Positions 12,882-23,922 of a stretch of 64,000 nucleotides of DNA are shown here, in pieces; within the stretch, counting starts at the first letter, position 1, and each line of letters starts with the position of its first letter. Origin of the DNA: Protoeuglena noctilucae (lineage: Eukaryota); contig OY253688.1 of assembly GCA_958009085.1 (NCBI GenBank), forward strand, positions 186,001 through 250,000. The letters are read 5' to 3'. A program made the translations under genes and the position numbers. Under the pieces are notes generated by a model. The model saw nothing but the letters and a program-made list of their open reading frames with translations, was not told the DNA's origin and did no database searches.

Positions 12882-13731
12882 CCCGCGGCCGTGCTTCAAC
12901 GAAAGCGTGGCGCGGGGGATGCAACGCCCACGAGCCGCCGCTTGGGTCTAGGGCAACCCCGTGCTGGTAATCCTGCGCCCCGCTGTGAGAATGGAATGCG
13001 ATGGACCCACTGAGTGGGTGGCGGTGCAATAGGGTCCACCTTTCCAACCTGACCTAAGGCAGCCTGACCACGCTGCTGACACGGACCCGCGTCCCCGGCC
13101 AGCGCGCGCTGAAAGGCCTCGCGCGCTCTCGCATATGGGAGTCTGCATATACGCCAATAGCCCCATTGTTTCGACAAAGGTCTCTGAATCCAATTCCTCG
13201 AGCTTCAAAAAGAACGCTTCAATCCAAAACCATCCGCTGGGCGGCTGAGCGTCGTTGCGTCGTATTCACTTTCTCTGAGCTGGCGAGAGGGTCGGCTGGG
13301 CGCGCGAGGCCCCGTCTGGGCCACCTCGAGGGGTAACTCAAGGGCCGGGCGAACTCTCTATCTGAGCCGCCAGGTCAGGCGACGAGGGGCCAACCCTTAC
13401 AAAGTAGATGGCCTCCACGCATCCGTCGCCGCGGAATAGCGTTTACGGCGTCGCGGCGGGAGGGAGCGTCTTTGCTGGTTTTGACTGGGGCACCCCGTCC
13501 TGCGCGTCCATCGTGCGCGTTAGTCGAGTTTGGCTTGGACCGGCGTCACCTGTTTCCGTCAGACTGGCTGGCCGCACGAGGTCCTGCGCCAGGCGGTGCA
13601 TCTCCTCATGGCAGATGGCGATGCCCTGCCTGCACGACCCTCGCTGTCGGGCGCGCTCTTGCCCGCCTCGTGGTCGCCCCCCTTGCCGCAGTTCCCCCCT
13701 TCTCGTCCGCTTACACAGAGCTGTGGTTACC

Positions 13732-15766
13732 ATGGACTCCGGCGACTCGGAGAGCGGGCACTCTGGCCCGCCCCCGCCGTACGAGAGCATCGTCCTGAGC
13801 CGAGCGGCCGTACGGTGCGGAAGCCTCGCTCGCATCACCGCCGCCATCGCTATCAGAGAGCTCTCGCTCGAAAACCTCGGCTGCTTCCCTCACGCGTGCC
13901 GCGACCTGGCCCATTGCTCGCAGGCCCCCCAGGATCCCAGGCCCTTCCGAGAGCGTGGTGCTGGGTCGCCCCGACATCGAGATCGATGTGGTCGACCCGG
14001 TCAGGCAGGGCGAGGGCGTGACGGCCTTCTGGGTCTACCGCGTCGTCACCCGCACGTCCCTGCCCCAGTTCGGCCAGCCGGAGCTGGCCGTCTTCCGCCG
14101 CTTCCGGGACTTCAAGTGGCTCCACGACCGCCTGGCGCAGCGGTACCGCGGCGTGGTGCTCCCACCGCTGCCGGAGAAGAACGCCGTGCAGAGCAAATTC
14201 CAGAGTGACGACCGCTTCATCGAGGCCCGGCGCCGCGCCCTGATGGTCTTCCTCAACCGGGTGGCGGCCCACCCGCTGCTGCTGCAGTCGGACGAGCTCA
14301 AGGCCTTCCTCTGTCAGCAGGAGGTGCGTCGGAGGCTGGGCCGGGTCTGACAGAGCCAGAGATGGGACGGGGCGTTGTGCATATACCGCAGCAACGCGAC
14401 GGGATGCTCGTGCCAGAAGGCATGCGCTGGGTCACGAGTCCGCTGTTGAGCTCTGCAACCGAAAAACAGTGCTTTGGTTTGCAGGACGCGTGGGCCTTCA
14501 CGGTGGCGCGGACGGCGGGCGAGACCTCGACAACCTCCACCGTCGTCAACAACGCCATGCAGTTTCTGCGGGGCTGGACGCACTCGGCCGTCAACCTGGT
14601 CCACGGCAGGCGAGAGTGCGGCTGCGTCACCGTTCCCTTCACTTTGCAGCAGGACCGTTTCGCCAGCGCTCGCGTCGCCCCTCACTCCCGCGCCGTCCGT
14701 GCCCGTGCCTCCTCAGGAGCGACGACGAGCAGGAGGACATCGAGTACCTCCGTTTCCGCGACTTCGTCAACATCCTCGAGGGCCACACTGCGGAGGTGCA
14801 CAAGCAGGCGGGGCGGCTGATCCGCAAGGAGGCCAAGGTCCTGTCGGTCATGAAGGACCTGAGCGACGCGGCCATGGGCCTGGCGCAGTTCGAGAAGGAG
14901 CCGCTGAAGCAGTGCCTGGGCATCGCGGCGGCGCGGTGCACGCAGCTGTCGTCGTCGCTCGACAGCTGCGTGCAGGAGATGGACGCGTCGCTCGAGGCGC
15001 CGCTCAAGGAGTCGGTGCGCGCGCTGCGCGAGGTCCGCAGCACGATGGAAGACAGGGCCCGGGCGCTGTCCAACCTCAGCCAGGCGCAGGGGGAGGTGGA
15101 GGTGCGGCGGTCGCGCCTGACCAAGCTGCGCAGCACCCCGGGCGTCAAGCAGGACCGCCTCATCATGGCGGAGCGCGAGCTGTCCGTGGCGCAGCAGACG
15201 GTCGAGGTGCAGCGGGGCGAGTACACGGCCATCGTCAACAAGATGGGCGGCGAGCTCGCACGGTGCGGGGCCGGCGCAGCCTGGCAGATGCAACGAAGAC
15301 GTGCGCGCCTGTCCTGGGGTATCAGCCTCTCCCAACTCGCGTGCCCGCAGCTTCCAGCGCGAGCGGTCGGCGGAGCTCGCGCAGGTCATGCGCAACTTTG
15401 CGCACATGCAGCTGGACATGGCGCGCGAGCAGGTCAAGGCATGGGAGACGGCGGTGGCAGAGCTGGATCCCGTAGTGGACCACTACCACGCGGAGCTCAA
15501 GGCCGAGGGTGGCGGTGAGGAGCGGTGGCAGGGAGGGCGCGTGTTGCGGGGTTGTCGTTGAGGGGTGCGACCGTGGAGGTGTGGAGGGTGCGGAGGGAGT
15601 GGCTAGCAGCTTGCTCCTCGCCGCGCCTGCAGACGTGCCCGGCCTTGCCGCGTTCCCCACGCCGACCCACACGGAAGCCAACGGCCACGCGTCCTTGCAC
15701 GGTGAGGAAGGCCATGCCAATGGGTTCCACGCCAACGGGGCCCACGCCAACGGAGTCCACGCTTGA
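13732..15766 (+). CDS. Sorting nexin, PX-BAR (SNX1/SNX2/Vps5-like)
   Basis: Contains PPPPYES, the PX domain (VFRRFRDFKWLHDRL...VLPPLPEK...FIEARRRALMVFLNRVAAHPLL) and a C-terminal helical BAR region ending ELARFQRERSAEL. There are 5 introns. Confidence 0.92.
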
Positions 15767-15906
15767 TTGATGGCCGCGTGCCGCATGCCTAGGCGCCTAT
15801 TCCACGCTCCGCTTGCTCTCCATGCTCTTCACACGCGCTACGCTGCTTGCTTGGCTGGCATCACAGCCTACCCGCCGCGCTGCGCCCGTCTACGGGCCAA
15901 AAAGTT

Positions 15907-16857
15907 TTAGAACGCCGGGCTGGCGTTCATCTTGCACGACTGCATGGCATCGAAGTATGGCTGGCAGATGCCCAGGTCCCCGTTGTTCTTGGACATGCAC
16001 TCGGCGAAGTACTTGCCCATCTCCGCGCAAGGATCCGACATCTGGCTCGTCACGGGCGCCTGCGAGCCCACGCGAAGAGGGTGACGTCGGCGTCGGGTCG
16101 CTGCACGGCACACCCCCGCCAGTCATACCCCTGCCAGCAGCAGCACTCGCCTGCTGCTGCTGCTGGGGCGCGGGGGCCGACTCGTGCTTGTTACCCGAAG
16201 AGAACAGCGACCCAACCGCCTCCCTGGCAATCGCCGTCCCCGTCCCCCACGCCGCGCCCTCGGCCATGGTGCGGCCCAGGCCCGCTAACAGGCCCCCGCC
16301 CTGCTGAGGGACCGCCGGCGGCGGTGCCGTCGAGTACGTCGCCGGAGGAGGCGGGGCCTGCGATTAGAGAGCGGAACGCTTTCGAGGCACGTGGCTGGGA
16401 ACGGACCTTCGGCCAGCCAGTTCCAGAAGCCGGCCCGCCGCAGCCGCGCCGCATCCGTCGCCCCTCCGAGCGCGTTCCGCAGCTCGCACCTGGTGACTAG
16501 AGCGCGTGGACGTCGACGAGCCGAACCCCGACGACCTCCCCGAGCTGCTCTTCGCGCTCGCTGCGAACAGTGGCAGGGCGCAGGGCGTGGGCGCCCCGGG
16601 CATGCGAAGACCCTGGCCCGGGCAGATCACATGCGCAACATGCGCCACGAGGCCCCCACAAACGAGACCGCACGCGCGCCGAGACGCCGGGGCAAGGTGC
16701 GCCACGGAGCCACGCGAGCCCCGCGCGCTCCGGCTCCCGACCTCGACAAGGAGCGAGCCTCGCGTGGAGACTAACAATTTGTGCACGGAGGACGCAACGG
16801 AGCAACAGATTCCCGCTTTCCTCCGCCGAACTCACCCCGCGACGAAGACCGCGGCAT
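15907..16857 (-). CDS. CHCH-domain mitochondrial protein (CHCHD2/CHCHD10/Mix17-like)
   Basis: Begins MPRSSSR, contains GLGRTMAEGAAWGTGTAIAREAVGSLF and a twin CX9C motif (DPCAEMGKYFAECMSKNNGDLGICQPYFDAMQSC). There are 3 introns. Confidence 0.9.
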
Positions 16858-17135
16858 TTGGCACGCCCTCGTGTGTTCTTCGCCAAAAACGAGGTGCTGG
16901 ACGGATTCTCGTGCGAGTTTTCTGCGCCGCGGCGAGCCCGCGTCACCCTGGAGGGAGCGCGATGTCCTCTTCTGACGTGTCGATGTCAGAGGAGTCGACC
17001 AGTTCGTGTTCTCGGACCCGCCTGACGGTATGCATTGCATGTCCGCGGTGCTGGAAGGCGCGAGGGCGCGGGGGATCATCCTGCGGGCCCTCCATCGCCC
17101 AGCGTCAGGGGGCGCATCGGCCCGGCGGTGCTAAG

Positions 17136-19426
17136 ATGCCGAGCCACGCCTCCTCGAAGGCGTGGGAGGAGGCTCGCGAGGCCGTGCGCTGGCGGGGCGT
17201 TGGGCTTCTCCTGTACGACCTCGTGGCCGTCCTGGGATTCAAGTTGGCCGTCGCCCTCGCCTGGTCGCGGTTGCGTTGGCCTTTGCTGCCGCCGGTGAGC
17301 ATCGCCGCCGCTGCTTTGGATCGCGCAAGTGCCAACAACTCTGCCTCACGCGCCATCGTGCCGCCCTTCCTCACCAGGTGGCATCCTACCCGGTCGCCCG
17401 AGCCACGCTGGCAGCCGCGTTGGAGCTGGCACTCCAGGCAGCCTACCTCTTCAGCCACGCCCGGTGCCTCATCTTCGGCTCGAGGCCAGCCGCCGTCCTC
17501 CCAATCAAGTCGGATGCAGGGCCGCTGGTGCAATGGCTGGCGTCCTGGTGGCGCCTGGCGTGGCCGTACCCGGGAGCCTCCCTGGCGGCGTCCTTGGCCT
17601 GGGCCGCAATCTCAGGCGCAGGGTCCCTGACCCTCCTTCATCTGCATCGCAAGATGGACCTCGGCCTCGCTGCGACGGCCACGATCGGGTGAGGGCTCCT
17701 CGGGTCACCGCGGGTGGGCGCCCAGTGGCTTACCCCGCAGCGACACGTGTCTAACCTGGTCTCCGCAGGGCCATCTTGGGGACATCGCATATCCTGGCGC
17801 AGCTCTGGCGGGGGGCCTTCCAGGTGCAGCTCCCAGCCGTGCGCTGCCGGCGCATCGTCATGGCGCGTCAACAGGTGCTTCCTGCCGTGGTCGACGGAGC
17901 CTCGACAATCTTCCTGACGATCGGGGTGGCCGCACTGATGGCCGCCATAGCTCCCTTCCTGCGGCCAGCCCTCAGGCAAGCGGGCGCCGTGGCGGTGCGT
18001 GAGGGTCGGTGGGCATGCCCTGCGAGGGACCTGTCCACCTTACGTCACCTGCATGCTCGCAGCGTCACGGCGCTCATATACCTTGTGCCGGCGATGGCGA
18101 CCTGCGCCTTTGGCTGGGCGTGGGCCGTGCGGGTGGCAGCGCTTGTGCTGACGGAGGACCTCCCTTTGCCCCCGTCCGAGGACATGTGGAGCCAGCTGGT
18201 CGCGGGCGCCACGTCGTCCGATTCTCAGGTGCGTGGCCCTGGAGTCACGGGCATGGCCAACCTGTGAGCGTGGAGCGGGAGCCATGCCAGTGCCCATCGC
18301 ATCCGCCATGTCTTGTACCGCACCCGCAGCTTTCCTTCCTAGCGCTCAAGGCCATTGCGGACCTCAGCGAAGGGCCGGAGAACCTCAAGGCCGCGCGGCT
18401 AGCGCTCTTCGCGGACCGGACAGGGAAGGCCTGGGAGCAGGTGAGACGCCTGAGAGGGCCATTTGGGAGCCAGGCGTAGGAGTTACACGAGTTGTGCCTC
18501 ATCCAGGGCGTGCCGAACATGCAGGTGGCGTCCCTGTGCATGGCGGAGATGGCGGTGGTCGCCCGGCTCTCGTCAGAACTGACCAAGGGAGGCGAGACCA
18601 GTGGGCCCGTGCTGCAGCAGACGGGCCCTGTGAGGTGGAACGTGCACAGCGGGCTGGCGACGAAGAGCCACCGCTTGGATAAGGACGTGCTGAGGCGGGA
18701 GCTGGCCTGCGGGCTGGTTGTGCGGCAGAGCCTGCGCATCGAGGTAGGTCGGACGGGTTGCGGTGTCTCATGGCGCGATCGGAGCGTCTGTGATCGACAA
18801 CCACGCTCCCCGCGGTCCTCTGCCTCGCAGCTCGCCGTCCGGACCCTCGCGGGCCTCATGGTGGCCGCGCGGAGTGAGGACACATACGGGCTGGTGCAGC
18901 TCCAGGAGCCGGGATTCGGGCGGCTCTTGTCGGAAGTGGCGTCCCTCCTCTTGGCAGCGAAGGCGCTCCAAGCGCAAAGGTGGGCCAGGCTGCGTGCGTG
19001 TGCCTGAGCGCGGCCAGATCAGCTGCGATGGGTCCGAGCAGCGCGTCGTGTGTCGGATGCAGGGCGGAGCGTGAGGGCCTGGCCCTGGCCTGGCCTTTGG
19101 TGTGGCTTGCGTCGTGGCTGGGACAGGTCCACGGCCGGGCGACCCGGTCCCTCCAGCTCGTGGAGGACACTGCCACTCAGGCCATCTACCAGATCGTCGA
19201 CACGTACGGCGCCGACGGGGCAGGGAAAGGTGAGGGTCACTGGCAGGGGTTGCATTTGATGGAGCACTTGCTGGGACCATGAGAGTAGGGCGATGGCGTC
19301 ACATGCCACGTGGAAGTATCGCCCGCAGCTATTCTGGAGGAGGTGTCCAAAACGAAGAAGCCCGCATATGGGACCGGGGGAGACGTCGTTAGCACCGTCA
19401 AGGCCGCTTTGAGTCGGCAGCTCTGA
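17136..19426 (+). CDS. NDC1: Transmembrane nucleoporin NDC1-like
   Basis: Several N-terminal hydrophobic helices, then FLALKAIADLSE...ARLALF...KAWEQVASLC, LAGLMVAARSEDTYGLVQ and AIYQIVDTYG, matching the NDC1 C-terminal motifs. An in-frame upstream exon from ATG 16962 is possible. Confidence 0.75.
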
Positions 19427-19533
19427 GCAGCGTTTCGTGCCGCATCTGGACATTCAACAACAAAGCTCTGTGGCGACTCTGGGCAAAGGGTCATGGTGGG
19501 ATGGGGCGCTCAGCGTCAGCCGCGAGCGAGCCC

Positions 19534-20833
19534 TTACTTCCGGCTCTTGGACTTCTCGCGCATCGCGTCGAGCTGGTTCAGGCCCGGGCCCAGCGCGTTG
19601 AAGGCCACCCAGCCGAGGACCGGCACGAAGAGCGACACGATGATCCCGAACCGGTTGTCCCCCTCCGCAATCTGCGGCGGGCCGAGAGGGTGACTCGTCG
19701 GCGGGGGCAGCTGCGACGCGCGGCAGGCAACCAGGGTGGCAAGCACCTCGGCCATCACCATCAGGGTTGTACGCACCTGGGCGATCTCGGCCGCATTCAC
19801 ACCCTGGGCGTGCAGCAGGCCAGCAAGGCCCGCGGCGCCGGCCACGATGGCGGCGCGGTTCTTCGACTTCTCGCGCATCGCGTCGAGCTGGTTCAGGCCC
19901 GGGCCCAGCGCGTTGAAGGCCACCCAGCCGAGGACCGGCACGAAGAGCGACACGATGATCCCGAACCGGTTGTCCCCCTCCGCAATCTGCAGGCATGGGA
20001 GGAGCGGAAGGTGGGTCCCGAGCCTGGGCGGAAGGGCAAAGGCTGAACAGCTCCCGGGCATTTGCTGACCTGGGCAATCTCGGCGGCGTTGACACCCTGG
20101 GCGTGCAGCAGGCCAGCAAGGCCCGCGGCGCCGGCCACGATGGCGGCGCGGTTCTTCGACTTCTCGCGCATCGCGTCGAGCTGGTTCAGGCCCGGGCCCA
20201 GCGCGTTGAAGGCCACCCAGCCGAGGACCGGCACGAAGAGCGACACAATGATCCCGAACCGGTTGTCCCCCGCCGCGAGCTGCGCAATCTCAGTGGCAGC
20301 GTTGGCGTTGCCCGCGGCGAACAGCGTCGCGGCCGCAACCAGGCCGTTGAGCGACCCCTGCGGGAAGGGAGAGATGGAAGACACTGGAGAAACCCCCGAG
20401 CAGCGCGCACGCGAGGCGCGCGAAGGCGAGGGCGGTCGCGATGGTCGAAATAGTACTAACGAAGGCCCAGGCGAAGCCCGGGGTGGGCAGAGCGCCGCGG
20501 AAAGTCAGCCAAAAGCCGTTCGGATCTCCGCGGGCCCAAGCGAGGTCGGGTGTGACAGGGAGCAAGAGCGGCGATGACTACGTCCATGGACGTCGCAGAG
20601 ACTGCTCCATCGCAGCTGCAGAGCCGCCCCCGGGCATCGATCGTATCCCGACACTCGCTATCCCCGCCCCTGCGCCGATGCGGGACGCCAGGCACCGCAC
20701 GCACCCGAACAACATCATCGGCCTTCTGCGCCTTGCAGACCACCGCGCGAGCGGGGAGGGCCGGCTTCCCCGCGCGAGCGCCCGCGCCGGGTGAGGCCAC
20801 GACGGGCCGGAGCGCCACGCGTGCCGCCAGCAT
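19534..20833 (-). CDS. PSBY: Photosystem II PsbY polyprotein with three PsbY units
   Basis: Transit peptide MLAARVALRPVV...AVVCKAQK, then three copies of GDNRFGIIVSLFVPVLGWVAFNALGPGLNQLDAM, each preceded by a hydrophobic signal-like linker ending A/V-N-A|A. Introns at about 20359-20703, 19987-20069 and 19672-19776. Confidence 0.92.
19545..20272 (-). repeat. Three near-identical direct repeats corresponding to the PsbY coding units
   Basis: 20070-20270 is nearly identical to 19777-19980, and both are nearly identical to 19550-19671 over the shared part. Confidence 0.95.
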
Positions 20834-21313
20834 GAGTTCAGAGATGATGAACGGAGGAACCTCGAATGGTCGCGGGGGGGCGAGCCCCACGCGCTTCACG
20901 AGCCGGGCCGTTGCCCGACGTCAGACACCTCCCTCGCGCGGTCGGAGCCTTTCCGCCCCGCACGGTCCCAGCTCGCCGCACTCTCGCTCCAAAGACCACC
21001 GGCTACTTGTTATAGTCTGGAAACTCCTCCGCTTTGCACAGCAACGGCACCCCTGCTGCGTGCGCTGCCGTCCCCACCCAGCTTGTTTCGGCACCGGACA
21101 CTGCTCTGCCTCTAGCTGGTTGCCGTCTCTTTCTTCTTCCGTCCCTTTCGGCAGCCCACGTCGCGGGGCGCGGGAGCGACCCTTTAGACCTAGGAGAAGC
21201 ACTCCTGCGCCGCACCCTGGCCTCCTCCCCGCCCGCTCGCCCGCCCTTCGCGAGGCTATCGCGACTTTCTCTGTCGTGCTCACGCTAGTTTCTGGCGGAC
21301 GGGTCCCTGGAGC

Positions 21314-23279
21314 ATGGCTGATGGAGCCGGGTTCTCCAGCGCCCTCAGCCATGCCGTCTCCTACGGCGACGACATGATTTCTAGCGTCAATCGGCTCGTG
21401 GGTGAGACAGCTGCGCATGGGGCGCGCGAGGGCGGGTCGAGCGGCCTCGGCCGCCGCGGGAAGCTCGTCCTCGTAGCACAGCACAGGCCCTTGCGACTCC
21501 TCCCTCCGCAGACTCGTACCGCCGCATCCTCCAGAACGTCGGTGGAGCGCACGATGCAGAGGTCGCACTGTTGCAGCAGGAGCTGGCGAAGCAGGTGGGT
21601 GTTATGTCGGGCAAAAGCGGTGCCTGCTGTGTGGCGCAAGCATGCTGCAAAGCCCATTGCTTTTCCATCTCCACGCAGAGGGACGCTTTGGCGGGAGAGA
21701 AGAGCCGGTTCGCTCAGGAGGAGGAGCGGCTGCGGCGGCAGCTGGCGGAGAAGCGGGTCGAGCTCGAGAGGCTGACGGACCAAGTGGATTTGGCGCGCGA
21801 GCAGAGCCAGGCATGGGAGCGGCAGGCGATGGAGGCGCGGCAGGCGCTGGCGGATCGGATCAGGGCGGATAACGAGAGGGCGGGGCACAGGGCGGTGGTC
21901 GAGGTGCAGACGGAGCTGGGCGACGGGGTGAGAAGCCAGTCCGCCTTTTGCACCATTGCACCATCGGTGTTGGGCTCACTCACGCCACTGTCAGCCGATC
22001 CGATCCATATTTGAGCGCAGGAAGGGAGCGAACATCGGGAGCTGTTGCAAAAGTACGACAATTTGCGTGCTGCCTACTCCAAGGTGTACATGAAACTGCA
22101 GAAGGCGCGGGACAAGAACGCCAAGCTGACGGCGAAGATGGCGGAGCTGGAGCAGGCGGGCCAGGGTGGCGTGGCGGGTGAGCAACAAATCATGGCGGAT
22201 CAGTGGGAAGCCGTTTGGGAGGGCTGTGTTTGTTTGGGTGCGCTGACGCAGCGCACGCGTCGCATTCGCAGAGGGCCGGCAGAGCGCCGAGGTGCAAGAG
22301 GCTCCGCGAGCTGGGCAGTCGGGGAGCGTCGGGCAGGACGCTGCTGACGCAACTGCACCCTCCGCGCCAACTCTGCGCGGGGGCCTGGCTGCCGACCGGG
22401 GCGTCAAGCCCACGCCAGCCAAGCGCCCGCGAGATGTGGGCGAGCCGGAGACCCCCGCGGTCCTCGCAACCGTGGGACTGACGTCGGGGACCGTGTCTCC
22501 ATACCCGCACCCAAGCGTGCTGGAGCAGGGCCAGGTCGCGGGTGCAGCAGCTGTCGATGCACGGGGCCCAGGTGGGGGCCCCTCGGGTCCGGGCATGCAG
22601 CACGGCCAGGGCGCCGGCGCTGCGCGTGCCCCGTCTGGAGCAGCTACGGGCGCGCGGACAGGTGGCCAGGGGTCCTGGCAGCCGCGCCAGCGCGTGGGGC
22701 ATCGGGTGAATGAGGCGATGGAGTCGTGGCTGGCGTCACCGCCGGAGAGTGCGCAGAGGGCCAAGAGACCGTCTTGGTGGCCCCGAAATGTGCAGGGGGG
22801 ACTCGCAATGAGTGCTACCAGGGGGCCGGACGGCCACCCCACATCGGGTGCCGGGAGTGGCGGCGGGATCGAGGGAGGGGCCCACCGACCGCCAGACGCC
22901 GCGGCAGCGGGGACAGGGTGGCGGCAGGTGAGGGTCAAAGCTGGGGCAGCAGCACCTCGGGGCTGCCTGGACGACACCGTCTGATCCATCAGCACCGCGC
23001 TGCCCTCTGCAGGCACCTGCGAACGGCGCAGTCCCTCGATTCCGCGACGCCATGCCGGCCCACGAATGCGAGCAGTGTAGGCGCTTCTACGAGGCGCTGG
23101 ACTCGTGGGGCCTCGGTGCGTCGGATGCCGCAGCGCACTTACGGTGTCCCGACCACGGCAGGCAGCGCGGCGGCCGAGGGCTGCTCCAGCATGCGGGCCG
23201 GCACAGGGCGGTCGTGGAGCCGGCTTTGACGCCGCCAGGGTTCTGGAACATGGGGTTCGCCGACGAGGACGAACTGTGA
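21314..23279 (+). CDS. COM1: COM1/SAE2/CtIP-like DNA end-resection protein
   Basis: N-terminal coiled coil and a low-complexity middle. The C-terminus AHECEQCRRFYEA...AGRHRAVVEPALTPPGFWNMGF carries the CxxC, RHR and TPPGFW motifs of Sae2/CtIP. Confidence 0.85.
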
Positions 23280-23305
23280 CGGGGCCACCTGCCATCTCCC
23301 CCGCT

Positions 23306-23348
23306 TGCACGTCGTTTGAAGGCCCTGCACGTCGTTTGAAAGCCCTGC
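23306..23348. repeat. 20-bp tandem duplication just downstream of COM1
   Basis: tgcacgtcgtttgaaggccc tgcacgtcgtttgaaagccc tgc. Confidence 0.85.
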
Positions 23349-23922
23349 TGTAGTGCCTGCGACATAGAACTGAACGATTGAATGCAAATGCGGTGGGACT
23401 GACGCCCGCACCGACATTGCGTGCTCGCCCCAGTCAAGTTGCTCACATCCCGCGCGCTTTGGAGCATTCCTGTTGCCGTGTGGATTGTAGTGTCAAGCTG
23501 TGCTCGCGGAGAACGCGCAAGAGCGGCTGTGATTGCGCGGCACCACTTACAAGTGGCAGCAACCGGGCCGCGCCCGCGTACAAGGGGTCGGGAGGTGGGG
23601 TCGGGAGGTGCTCACGACACATTCTCGAATTTAATGATGGAAAATGCAACGTCTGATCCAAAAAAGCTGCGCCGAAACTGCCCGCGCGACGAAAACGGGC
23701 GGAACAAACCTTCTAGCTCAGAATTCGCACCCATCGCACTCTTGGGCATGTCTGAGGGGCGAGCTGTAGCTGTCATTTGCTGCGGGCGGGATGGGTGTAG
23801 CGAGAAGGCTGGATGAGGGCTGGATGAGTGCTGCAATCGGTCGATGCATTTGCGGCCCTTTCTGTCGCGCCCAGGCCCGCTAAACTCCCTTTCAGACATC
23901 TACCCATCGCTGCAGGTTGAAG

